Assembly: GCA_004212135.1 (NCBI GenBank)
Contig: RXIE01000129.1
Location: forward strand, 1 to 40,251
DNA length: 40,251 nucleotides
Direction: 5' to 3'
From: Candidatus Methanophagales archaeon ANME-1-THS
Lineage (GTDB): Archaea > Halobacteriota > Syntropharchaeia > Alkanophagales > Methanospirareceae
Numbering within the stretch: position 1 is the stretch's first letter; each line of letters begins with the position of its first letter. The notes beneath the pieces were generated by a model that worked only from the letters and a program-made list of their open reading frames with translations, did no database searches and was not told where the DNA came from. Positions 18,144 to 27,096 of the stretch are shown one piece after another. The position numbers and the translations under genes are program-made.

Positions 18144-19223
18144 TCACTCTGGCAGTTTTAATTCTTTGATATGCTCCTCTCTCTTCTTCTTGAACTTGAT
18201 GAGATAATCAATCTCGTCCATCACGACCTTTTCGCCAAATTCCGCAGTTCCCTTCTCTCTGATAAAAGCCATAACCTCCTTTGCATTCTCATTCCGCACA
18301 ATAATGGTTGAAAAGCCCGCTTCGCTTCCAACGCTCCCAACCGAGGCATCGCTTTGTACCGCAGTGAAGTCAGTACAGAAATCACAGCCCTTCGCCACTA
18401 ACCCGCGCTCCTCAAACTCCGCCATTTTAATCTTCCGCTTCTTCTCCGCGCCCGCCACCGTGACGTACATGCTGCCCTTACTGATGTTCGTCTTGAGTAT
18501 CTTCTCGATCTCAATACCCTTCTCGTCACGAAGGAACTTCATAAGATCGTTATAATGGAAATTTTCAGTGCAGAAGAGACCCACCACGAGCTTCACCTTC
18601 TCCTTGAATACCGGGAACTCCTGCTGCAGTTTCCGTATCCCTGAGATCATACAGGGCGTCCCCACAACGCCAACCCCTTTCTTCGTGAACCGAATAGCCT
18701 CCTTCAATGCGGGGAGAATACCTGCAAAAACATACTTCGTTCCACCAAGGGTTCCAACACCCACTTGTTCTGGGTATCGCACGTGGAAAATGCTCGTCTC
18801 CCATTTCTCATTCCGATCAACAAATAAACCCTGGTCAATCATCCCCATATCTATCGCGGATGCAATGAGTTCAGTGGCCATCGCACCATCCTGACCTTTG
18901 AACCGCTTTGATTTCGCAGCAACAATTTCGATATAGTTCCCTAAGCCACTCGGCGGTTCGTAAATGAAGCGCGGACAGACCCGCACACAGGCGCCGCAGT
19001 CAAAGCAGTTCTTCTCAAAATCAGGGAAACCCACGATATCCTCGTCGGTTACAATTAATCCGCTCGGGCAGATCGAGACGCAGGTCAAGCAGCGGCTGCA
19101 TAAGTTCGTATCGATCACGACCGCCTTGAGATTCTCGAAAAACAATTTATCCTTCAGCTTCTTCTCCGGGACTTTTACTTCCCATTTCGATTCGCCCAGC
19201 TCTTCTTCTGCGGGAGTTGCCAT
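18144..19223 (-). CDS. fqoF: F420H2:quinone oxidoreductase subunit F (FrhB family, F420-binding input module)
   Basis: Two CxxCxxCxxxCP motifs, GQDGA, TKY, VGTPC, GLFCTENF, CDFCTDF..DASVGSVGS. Start MATPAEE (19223) after RBS GAGG; last gene of the operon. Confidence 0.9.
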   Translation of the reverse strand: MATPAEEELGESKWEVKVPEKKLKDKLFFENLKAVVIDTNLCSRCLTCVSICPSGLIVTDEDIVGFPDFEKNCFDCGACVRVCPRFIYEPPSGLGNYIEIVAAKSKRFKGQDGAMATELIASAIDMGMIDQGLFVDRNEKWETSIFHVRYPEQVGVGTLGGTKYVFAGILPALKEAIRFTKKGVGVVGTPCMISGIRKLQQEFPVFKEKVKLVVGLFCTENFHYNDLMKFLRDEKGIEIEKILKTNISKGSMYVTVAGAEKKRKIKMAEFEERGLVAKGCDFCTDFTAVQSDASVGSVGSEAGFSTIIVRNENAKEVMAFIREKGTAEFGEKVVMDEIDYLIKFKKKREEHIKELKLPE

Positions 19224-19228
19224 ATGTA

Positions 19229-19963
19229 TCACTTCCTCACCAGTCTTAATATTTGCATGGAGCATTCCTTAACGCATAAACCACATCCAGTGCACTTCTC
19301 AGCATCGATCGCCATCTTGACGATCAGCCTCTCCTCATCTTTTATCGAAGAAACCGCGCCACTTTCGCAGACCTTCTCGCAGACCTTGCACGCAATGCAA
19401 CTCGCTCGATCGACGCACTGGCTCACCATGGGAACACCCTGCGATGGTGCAATTTCCACAATAAGATTGTCTCTGCCTTTTGTCCGTTTCAACGAGAGAT
19501 CCTCGGTGTCTATGACATAGTCGACAAAGACCTTATCCTCACGAATGATCTCCGGTGGTTCAACCATCTCCTCGGTCAGTGTGAGCATCTCCTCCATGGT
19601 CCGGTATGCCACATCATGGATCTTTGTGGGCTTTAACGCGCCGCCCGGGCAGCTATCGACACAGAAATGGCAGAAGATGCATTTACCATAATCCAGGGTG
19701 GGGTAATACCGGTTGCTGGGTGCTTCCTTCATCCAGATCGCATTCGCCGGGCAGATGAACGAACATTGAAAACAACTGATACAGCGCTCAGGGTCAAAGA
19801 GAATATAGCCTCTGAAACAGTCCGGCCACCTCCTCCGTTCCCGCGGGTAATGGGTCGTTATGTTCAATGGCAGTGCTACTTGCTTTGCCGCGGTTGACAG
19901 AGCAGACAGGTGATACTTGAGTTTGTCTTGCAGATTGTATTCCGGTGTTCCAACTTTCTTCAT
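19229..19963 (-). CDS. fqoI: Fqo subunit I (NuoI-like) with extra C-terminal ferredoxin domain
   Basis: TTHYPRE..FRG, CISCFQCSFICP, CIFCHFCVDSCP, plus CIACKVCEKVC and CTGCGLCVKEC. ATG 19963 overlaps the fqoH stop. Confidence 0.9.
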   Translation of the reverse strand: MKKVGTPEYNLQDKLKYHLSALSTAAKQVALPLNITTHYPRERRRWPDCFRGYILFDPERCISCFQCSFICPANAIWMKEAPSNRYYPTLDYGKCIFCHFCVDSCPGGALKPTKIHDVAYRTMEEMLTLTEEMVEPPEIIREDKVFVDYVIDTEDLSLKRTKGRDNLIVEIAPSQGVPMVSQCVDRASCIACKVCEKVCESGAVSSIKDEERLIVKMAIDAEKCTGCGLCVKECSMQILRLVRK

Positions 19964-21123
19964 AGTACCACTCCTAAGACAATTGACCATGCGACGGCGA
20001 TGAGTCCTAAGGTAAGCATGGCGCCCCATCCAATTCTCAGGCCCTGGTCGAGTCGGTACCGCGGATACACGCCGCGGAGGTTAACCATGACCAGCAGAAT
20101 GATCAGGGTCTTTATCACGAACAAAATCGCATAATACAGGTCACCCAGAAGCGGAGTCACGTACGGAATCGCCGGGCCACTTCCCGCGCCGAGGAATAAC
20201 ATCGTCATGATCGCACTGAGCACATACATCTTCTCGTACGCCATCACATACGCAAGCCCGAATGCAATGCCCGAATACTCGATGAATGGTCCAAAGGCCA
20301 ATTCCTGGTCTGCTTCCGGGATCTCAAACGGTAACCGCGCGGTAGCCATCACCGCAGCGACGAAGAAGGTGAGCGCGGCGAGGGGATTGAGGATAATGCC
20401 CCAGTTCCACCAGGAGGTTTGTGCACTCACGACTCCAACGGTGTTCGAAGTTCCGTATAAGATGACCATTGCGAGGATTGCGATGATAAACGGAATCTCG
20501 TAGGCGAAATACATGAACGCCTCTCGTACCGTACCGATGAATGCAAATCGGTTGTTTGAGGACCAGCCGACACCGAGGATGAAGACCGGCATCAAGCTTA
20601 TCAGAGCGATCATTAGCTGGAGTGCATACTCGCTTTCTATAGGAACAAGTGTACGGCCGATGGTACCCGCATTGATAAACAGGAGCGGCAGCAGCACGGG
20701 GAGGAAATAGAGGAACGGGAACTGCAAGAAATACGGCTTGTGGGCCTCCTTATGGATGATTACCTCCTGACAGAGGAATCGGAGAGAATCGGCGAGTAAC
20801 TGGATGCTGCCTCTCGTGCGTGGCGCGATTTCACGAGGACCAACGCGCCACTGCATCCGTCCCACTAACTTCCGTTCAAGCCAGGGGAGAACGAGGAGCA
20901 TGGTGCCGAGTGTCCCGAAGCCCGGGATGATGAGTAAGATAAATATCGGTTTCCAGAGTATGAAGGCGATGAGGTACCGTATGATGGGAATACCGAGCAG
21001 GAATGCAACGATATTCCCGATCACAGGTATCTTGAGCACGAAATTGTAGATGATGGGATAGAGTAAGGGGATGTTCACCTGCTCCGCAATCATCAGGTTC
21101 ACGAGACCGCTTATATCAATCAT
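19960..21123 (-). CDS. fqoH: Fqo subunit H (NuoH)
   Basis: WLERKLVGRMQWRVGP, ARLPFEIPEADQELAFGPFIEYSG, YPRYRLDQ. Confidence 0.93.
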   Translation of the reverse strand: MIDISGLVNLMIAEQVNIPLLYPIIYNFVLKIPVIGNIVAFLLGIPIIRYLIAFILWKPIFILLIIPGFGTLGTMLLVLPWLERKLVGRMQWRVGPREIAPRTRGSIQLLADSLRFLCQEVIIHKEAHKPYFLQFPFLYFLPVLLPLLFINAGTIGRTLVPIESEYALQLMIALISLMPVFILGVGWSSNNRFAFIGTVREAFMYFAYEIPFIIAILAMVILYGTSNTVGVVSAQTSWWNWGIILNPLAALTFFVAAVMATARLPFEIPEADQELAFGPFIEYSGIAFGLAYVMAYEKMYVLSAIMTMLFLGAGSGPAIPYVTPLLGDLYYAILFVIKTLIILLVMVNLRGVYPRYRLDQGLRIGWGAMLTLGLIAVAWSIVLGVVL

Positions 21124-21138
21124 TGCTCGTCACCTCAC

Positions 21139-23466
21139 CTACCTATCCGCCTCCGGCGGGAAGTACCCGAAACTACCATAAACTGCCCAGAAGTCCGCAT
21201 ATCGTTCACCTTTGACCGCTTCCATGAATCCACGCAGGTTCATCCAGCAGGGGCTTATTACCCGCACACGGTACGGAACATTTGACTCGCCATCGCTGAT
21301 CAGCGAAAAGAGCAACGTGCCTCTCCCCGCTTCAGTAAGGCACGTCCATTCACCACGCGGCAGTACCAGGTTACCAAAAACGCGGAAGAAACTGCCCTTG
21401 ATATCACTCGCTGCCTCTTTATATTCGCCAAGGATCGCATCGCTCAAAATGGGGCCTTTGATACCTCGTACCGCATCCCCGGCCTGCTTTATGATCTTAA
21501 CGCTCTCCTTTATCTCTTCCAGCCTGCCCAGGAACCGTCCCAGACAATCGCCATCGTCGCCCGTCGTGACTTCCCAATCGAGCTTATCATACACCTCATA
21601 GGGCGACACTTTCCTGATATCATGGTTCACCCCGGATGCCCTCAGGAATGGTCCAACCATGCCGCACCGGATTGCATCCTCCTTCGTCAGCACCCCTACC
21701 CCCTTTGCCCGCGCCACGGTTACCGGGTTGGTCACGAAGATATCCTCGAACTTCTTCATCCGTTTATGGACTGCAAAGGTGATGTTATCAATCATTTTGA
21801 GCACATCGTCTGGAATGTCTCTCCGTATCCCACCAGGGACGACGAACGAAGGACCGCTTCTCGATCCCGTGATTCGCATCAGCGCTTCAATGATCATCTC
21901 ACGGATCGCCATGCAATACATGAACCCGGTCGTATGTCCAAAGAAGAGTGAGAAGATACCCGAATCGTAATAAAACGCTTCGATCCGCGAGAGTTCAGCC
22001 ATGATCGTCCGCAAATACTGTGCTCGTTCTGGAACTTCAATCCCGAGCGCCTTCTCGATCGTTCGCACATACCCCAGGTTCATATTCACCGGGTCATTGA
22101 TCGCCAGTCGCTCGAATAGCGGAATATTCTGGATGTATAGCTTATTCTCCGCGAGCTTCTCCATAGACCGATGCACAAATCCCGGTTCGGGGATCGCATC
22201 CACAATGACGTCGCCTTTTATTCTGAATGTCACCCGGAGATGCCCACTGCCCGCGTGATGAGGCCCTATGGGGACTACAATCTCGTCACTCTCGTATGCA
22301 TCTTTAATAAATTCTTCCCAGATCGGGACATAAAGATCCTTTGGCGGCTCGATGGGAACCATGAACTCAGGAGTCACATCCTTTTCAAACACGTATCGTT
22401 CCTCCGGGATCTTGAACTCTTTCCTCAAGGGGAGATCCGGTGTGTCGGGAGCAAGCAGGAACTTCTTGCCCATCCAGGTATTGCCCTCAAACCAGACCCC
22501 GAAGAACTCGTGCATTTCCCGTTCGCAATAATTCGCGCTCTCCCAGACCGAAGTAAGGCTTGGGATCTTCGGGTCTTTCATCCCGATCTCAGTGAAAATG
22601 GTGACGAGAACCGGCATCAGCGCCTCGACACTATAACTCGAAGCGGTATACTCCACAATAAACTTCCGCTCGTGGGGCACTTCGATCACATTCACGCTCT
22701 TCACGTGATCCAGTTGCATCTGATCCCGGAGTTTCCGGGCGACTTCCAACAGGTTTACCGGCGTGGTTCTGATCGCTATACGGTCCTTGCCGGTAATCGT
22801 TACGGATTTATAAAGCCCGTTAAGTTCTTTTTTGATTGTATCTGCCAATTCCTTCCCGAAATCCCAATCTACCTCCTGTTTAACATCCACTTTGATTGCC
22901 GGTGTGGGGGCATAGAGCTTGGGCGAGGTAGGCACCTTTCGCTCCTCCAGTTCCACGAACGGCAACTCCACCGTCTTAAATTCGATCGTCTTTCGGTCTA
23001 TGCCCATTATCTTATCTTGCAGCGCTCTCACACCTCGTAAAAGGGCTTCAGGAGTTATTGGACATCCCGGAACAAAGAAATCAACCGGAACGATATCAGA
23101 AGGATGGGTGATATTATAACTGTTCCAGAATATCCCGCCTCGTTCTCCACAGGCTCCTATCACGTTCACAAACTTCGGATCCGGCATCTGCCCATACACG
23201 AATTGCAACGCCCGTGCCATCTTCCTCGTTATCGTCCCCTCAATAATGATGAAATTCGATTGCCGCGAAATGCCCAGGTTTAACGTGATAGGAGCCTGTG
23301 GAGAACGAGGGCAGGCAAATGCATGAGCGAGCTCAACGCCGCAGCACGAGGTGATGAAGTGGCACGGCCATAAACTCCATTTCGCAGCCCATTTTTTAAA
23401 CGGTGCAAGCGGTCCTGATTCGAGGAATTGTATATGCGCGTTCTTATTTTCCATTTTTGTTCTCAT
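21139..23466 (-). CDS. fqoBCD: Fqo fused subunits B-C-D (NuoBCD)
   Basis: NuoB: KWSLWP..TSCCGVE, GACG, VPGCP. NuoC: ANYCEREMHEFFGVWFEG, PLRKEF. NuoD: GPHH, GFVHRSMEKLAE, VPERAQYLR, PYRVRV, PPEADR. No NiFe-binding CxxC pairs. Confidence 0.92.
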   Translation of the reverse strand: MRTKMENKNAHIQFLESGPLAPFKKWAAKWSLWPCHFITSCCGVELAHAFACPRSPQAPITLNLGISRQSNFIIIEGTITRKMARALQFVYGQMPDPKFVNVIGACGERGGIFWNSYNITHPSDIVPVDFFVPGCPITPEALLRGVRALQDKIMGIDRKTIEFKTVELPFVELEERKVPTSPKLYAPTPAIKVDVKQEVDWDFGKELADTIKKELNGLYKSVTITGKDRIAIRTTPVNLLEVARKLRDQMQLDHVKSVNVIEVPHERKFIVEYTASSYSVEALMPVLVTIFTEIGMKDPKIPSLTSVWESANYCEREMHEFFGVWFEGNTWMGKKFLLAPDTPDLPLRKEFKIPEERYVFEKDVTPEFMVPIEPPKDLYVPIWEEFIKDAYESDEIVVPIGPHHAGSGHLRVTFRIKGDVIVDAIPEPGFVHRSMEKLAENKLYIQNIPLFERLAINDPVNMNLGYVRTIEKALGIEVPERAQYLRTIMAELSRIEAFYYDSGIFSLFFGHTTGFMYCMAIREMIIEALMRITGSRSGPSFVVPGGIRRDIPDDVLKMIDNITFAVHKRMKKFEDIFVTNPVTVARAKGVGVLTKEDAIRCGMVGPFLRASGVNHDIRKVSPYEVYDKLDWEVTTGDDGDCLGRFLGRLEEIKESVKIIKQAGDAVRGIKGPILSDAILGEYKEAASDIKGSFFRVFGNLVLPRGEWTCLTEAGRGTLLFSLISDGESNVPYRVRVISPCWMNLRGFMEAVKGERYADFWAVYGSFGYFPPEADR
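23138..23310. repeat. Perfect 29-bp inverted repeat inside fqoB (23138-23166 / 23282-23310)
   Basis: CCTCGTTCTCCACAGGCTCCTATCACGTT and its exact reverse complement AACGTGATAGGAGCCTGTGGAGAACGAGG, 115 bp apart. Confidence 0.95.
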
Positions 23467-23508
23467 CTCACCTCTCTATCTCGTTCGTGTAACGTTTTAT
23501 AGACTCCG

Positions 23509-23865
23509 TTAGCCTTTTGACTTCGCCATATCGAGCGTTATCGTATAGCCCACATAGAGCGCGGGCAGGAGGAGCAGGAGTGAGAGCAGCAGGAGTACCA
23601 TGAAGCTCGAACTCGGGTACGCGGAGAAGAGGAGCAGGATGACCACAATTGGTTCCACAGCCATAAACAGGAACATAAACCCGAAATACTGCATGGGGAG
23701 TGTATATTTCGGGAATTTCATCGGTGGGTTCCCTGCTTCCCATCGCATCGTTTTTATCTCTGTCAGGTTATACCTCGGCAATACCCGTACGAGCAGGAGC
23801 AGAATCATATCTACCAGCACGCAAATAAGGACCAGAACACCGATTATTAACGCATTTTCTAGCAT
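23509..23865 (-). CDS. fqoA: Fqo subunit A (NuoA)
   Basis: Three TM segments, K..RWEAGNPP, QYFGF..LFMAVE; start MLEN after GGAGG. Confidence 0.9.
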   Translation of the reverse strand: MLENALIIGVLVLICVLVDMILLLLVRVLPRYNLTEIKTMRWEAGNPPMKFPKYTLPMQYFGFMFLFMAVEPIVVILLLFSAYPSSSFMVLLLLSLLLLLPALYVGYTITLDMAKSKG

Positions 23866-23881
23866 TTTTCGTCCTCCTCGC

Positions 23882-25144
23882 TCATATCGCAATACTTATA
23901 GCCTGAGCAATGACCTCCATACTTCTAAAGAACCAGTCTGGCAGGAATGTAATTAAGGTTATGATTACGACGGCAACGCAGATGAAGTTGGTAAGATTCG
24001 CTTTCCAGCCAACCCCGAGTTCTCGTGCGAGCCGCAAATAATACGGAATGGATATTGCGGAATTCAGGACCATGAGCGCAACGAGCCAGAAATACTCAGC
24101 TTTGACCAGCGAGAAGAGAATGAAGAGCTTGCCCCAGAACCCGATGAGCGGTGGGAGACCGATGAACGAGAACGCAAGCAGGTACATCGTGAGTGAAAAA
24201 GCTCCTTCGCCCTTGATCGCATTGAAGAACCCAATCTTGCCCACCGCGTTTGCAAATAACATGAGCAGTGCTCCAGTCAACGCGAAGTAGAAGAATTCCG
24301 GCTTGATGATCACGACCGCGCAGGCTAACAAATAGCCCATGTTCGCCACGGTCGAGTAGGCGAGGATTCGTGCATGCTCTTTTGAGGTCAGTGCGCCTAT
24401 ATTACCGGTGAACATGGAGATCGCAGCAAGGACCGCGGTGAAGAGGGTTACCGAAACGGTCAGGGAGTTAGATGTGCTGATCAGTATCCGCAACGCGATG
24501 ACAAACGGCACGATCTTTGCGAGCGATGCGATGATGGACATCGGGATGGGATCGGCACTGGTAAAGACATCCGGAACCCACTCGTGTAACGGCGCGACGC
24601 CTACCTCAATGCTCAGTCCTAAGATGAGCATCACATAGCCGAGTATGTACAGCAGGCCATTAAATGCGTTTTTAGTATACGCTAAGGTAACCGCACCGAT
24701 TAAGAAGAGAACCGTAGCGAGTACCATGAAGGTGATATACTTGATACCCACCTCGACGTTTGTCCCCCCTTCTCGCACCATAACCAGGATGTAGGTTGGC
24801 ACGGAAACAAGGACGAACGCTGCGAGTATCAGAGCAAGGTTGTGTGTCGTAAAGATGTAGAGGGTTACCAGTGCCATCAATGCTACCAATCCGTAGTCCA
24901 CACCCTGAATCACGCTCTTGATCACTTTAAGCGAAACCAGGTTGAGGATACCGATGGCAAACACAAATGCGGTATAATAAATAAGAGCGGGTATGAGGAG
25001 TGTTACGGCTGCAGATGCCAGTATAAGCGCAGCGATCGCGCCGTAGAAGCCCAAATCGCGGTACTTAACGGAAAAAGCAGAGCAAAGCGTCAGGATTACT
25101 AAAGCACCGAGCAGCATCAGCACGGGCATTGAGAATTCGATCAT
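23882..25144 (-). CDS. fqoN: Fqo subunit N (NuoN, antiporter-like)
   Basis: VGIKY, APLHEWVPDV, RILAYSTVANMGY, IGLPPLIGFWGK, YYLR. Start 25144 overlaps the fqoL stop (25150 also possible). Confidence 0.9.
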   Translation of the reverse strand: MIEFSMPVLMLLGALVILTLCSAFSVKYRDLGFYGAIAALILASAAVTLLIPALIYYTAFVFAIGILNLVSLKVIKSVIQGVDYGLVALMALVTLYIFTTHNLALILAAFVLVSVPTYILVMVREGGTNVEVGIKYITFMVLATVLFLIGAVTLAYTKNAFNGLLYILGYVMLILGLSIEVGVAPLHEWVPDVFTSADPIPMSIIASLAKIVPFVIALRILISTSNSLTVSVTLFTAVLAAISMFTGNIGALTSKEHARILAYSTVANMGYLLACAVVIIKPEFFYFALTGALLMLFANAVGKIGFFNAIKGEGAFSLTMYLLAFSFIGLPPLIGFWGKLFILFSLVKAEYFWLVALMVLNSAISIPYYLRLARELGVGWKANLTNFICVAVVIITLITFLPDWFFRSMEVIAQAISIAI

Positions 25145-27096
25145 AGCCATACGCCTCCTATCGCGACTACTACGAGCAGGATCATGACGAGCCCGAGCAC
25201 AATATTGATGTATCGGCTGAGATAGCCTGTTTGAATGCCTCGGATTCGCTTCGAGATCGTGCCGAATAAGCCGGGTATCGTCACGGTATTAAAGAATCCG
25301 TCAATTCCACGATTTCCATAGTCCTGAACCAGATGAGAGACAAAGAAACCTATCTTCGGAATGATAAAATCATTCATAAAGGGCAGATACATACGGTCGC
25401 CGAAGAACGCGCCGAGCTTGTTTAGCGCATGTATCTGGGGTCGGTAGAGTGCAACCATATACGCGAGTAAGGCCAGTATTCCAACGCCAAAGGAGATGGT
25501 GATCGTGCCGTGCTTCAGAACGGATCCCGCGGCAACGAATTCATGGCCTTCTTCACTTGTGAAGATGATATAGAGCAAGACGAAGAGCACCGAGACCATC
25601 AGAGAGTACCCCACCTTCATCAATCCCCCGCCATGCGTATGCTCGTGGTGTGGTTTCTCGCCTTTAATAAAATTCAAAGCAAGGAACTTCGCCATTATCC
25701 CGGAATAGACTACCGAGGTGAGCACGAGCAGGATGAGCGGCAAATAGCCCACCTCGTGGAAGAGATGCTCCATAACCTCGTCCATCGCCGACTTCACCCA
25801 GTATGCGGTAAGCGGCGGTATGCCAACGAGGAAGGTGGTCGCGACGATCGTAACGATAAAAGCAGGGACCATCTTCTTGCCAAACTCGAGACCACCGCTT
25901 AAGAACCTGCTATGCGTGGCATGGATCAAATGACCACTGACGAGGAATAAACTCGCTTTCGCAAATGCATGGACTGCCATGTACCAGAACGCAACGAGCA
26001 CGGCGAAATTCATGTGCATTTCGCCAACCTCAACATCAACCCAGTAGGATGCGGCGGCTGCTGCGAACATCAGACCGATACTGGACATCGTGGATGCTGC
26101 GAGCAGAACCTTCCGTTCGAGCATACCAGAGCCAGAGAGCGCACCATACAATCCGGAAAGCAGTCCAATAAAGAGCACAAGGAGATACACATACTCGAGC
26201 CCATGCACGCCGTGCAATGTCCATGGCGCAATATACCACGTGAGTTTGATGAATACAAACGCCCCCGCAGCCACCATGGTCGCACTGTGCAGGAGTGCAC
26301 TCACCGTGGTTGGGCCGGTCATTGCGGTCATGAGCCACTCACTGAAGGGTACCTGAGCAGACTTGGTGAAGAGCCCCATGAGCAGACAGAGGAGCAGAAT
26401 TATCGTGCCGCCCGCACCAAGTGTTTCAAAGAGCGTGCCCCACTCGATCTCCGAGATATTGAGCGTTGGTGATAATGCCCATATCGCAGCGAGTGCTAAG
26501 AACATAGGAACATCGCCGAACCGTATGGTGGAGATCGCGCGCCATCCGCCGAAGCTTGGTGGCCAGCTCAGCTCGAGCGGTCCCACCTTCCTGCCCGCTT
26601 TACCGACATAGCTAATATCATTGTCGTCCCTGAACCAGTGCCCGATCAATCCCCACGAAGCGGCGCCCAGTCCCTCCCAGCCGACAAAGAGCAGGAATAA
26701 ATTGTCGCTATACACGACGAGGAGCATCGATGCGGTGAAGAGGTTGAAGAAGAACCAGTACCAGCTCGGCCGGTAATCTCCCTTCATGTAGTCCAAGCCG
26801 TAAATAGCAATAAAGAAGGCTATAAGTGCGGTAATAACGCCCATATACCTGCTCAGATAGTCAGTAATAAGGACGATGTTTATGCCGAATTCAGGAATCC
26901 AGGGGTAACTGAACTGCTGGTTCTCGGGTAGAACGAAGAGGATATACAGGCTCATGATCACTGAGACGAAGATCCCGAAGACCGAGAGATAGGGTAGCTT
27001 CTCGGTCCATGCTTTACTCTTGTAGGCGAGTACAATGGGAACACTGCTCAGCACAGGTGACAGGAACAGTAACAGGAATATGAGCCACTCGTTCAT
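25141..27096 (-). CDS. fqoL: Fqo subunit L (NuoL, antiporter-like)
   Basis: GWEGLG, TKSAQVPFSEWL..AMTGPTTVSALLHSATMVAAG, HAFAKASLFL, C-terminal IQTGYL. Confidence 0.93.
   Translation of the reverse strand: MNEWLIFLLLFLSPVLSSVPIVLAYKSKAWTEKLPYLSVFGIFVSVIMSLYILFVLPENQQFSYPWIPEFGINIVLITDYLSRYMGVITALIAFFIAIYGLDYMKGDYRPSWYWFFFNLFTASMLLVVYSDNLFLLFVGWEGLGAASWGLIGHWFRDDNDISYVGKAGRKVGPLELSWPPSFGGWRAISTIRFGDVPMFLALAAIWALSPTLNISEIEWGTLFETLGAGGTIILLLCLLMGLFTKSAQVPFSEWLMTAMTGPTTVSALLHSATMVAAGAFVFIKLTWYIAPWTLHGVHGLEYVYLLVLFIGLLSGLYGALSGSGMLERKVLLAASTMSSIGLMFAAAAASYWVDVEVGEMHMNFAVLVAFWYMAVHAFAKASLFLVSGHLIHATHSRFLSGGLEFGKKMVPAFIVTIVATTFLVGIPPLTAYWVKSAMDEVMEHLFHEVGYLPLILLVLTSVVYSGIMAKFLALNFIKGEKPHHEHTHGGGLMKVGYSLMVSVLFVLLYIIFTSEEGHEFVAAGSVLKHGTITISFGVGILALLAYMVALYRPQIHALNKLGAFFGDRMYLPFMNDFIIPKIGFFVSHLVQDYGNRGIDGFFNTVTIPGLFGTISKRIRGIQTGYLSRYINIVLGLVMILLVVVAIGGVWL

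Noticed and set aside
21139-23466. Possible membrane-bound [NiFe] hydrogenase
   Set aside because: The D region lacks both CxxC nickel-binding motifs and an F420-binding F subunit is present.
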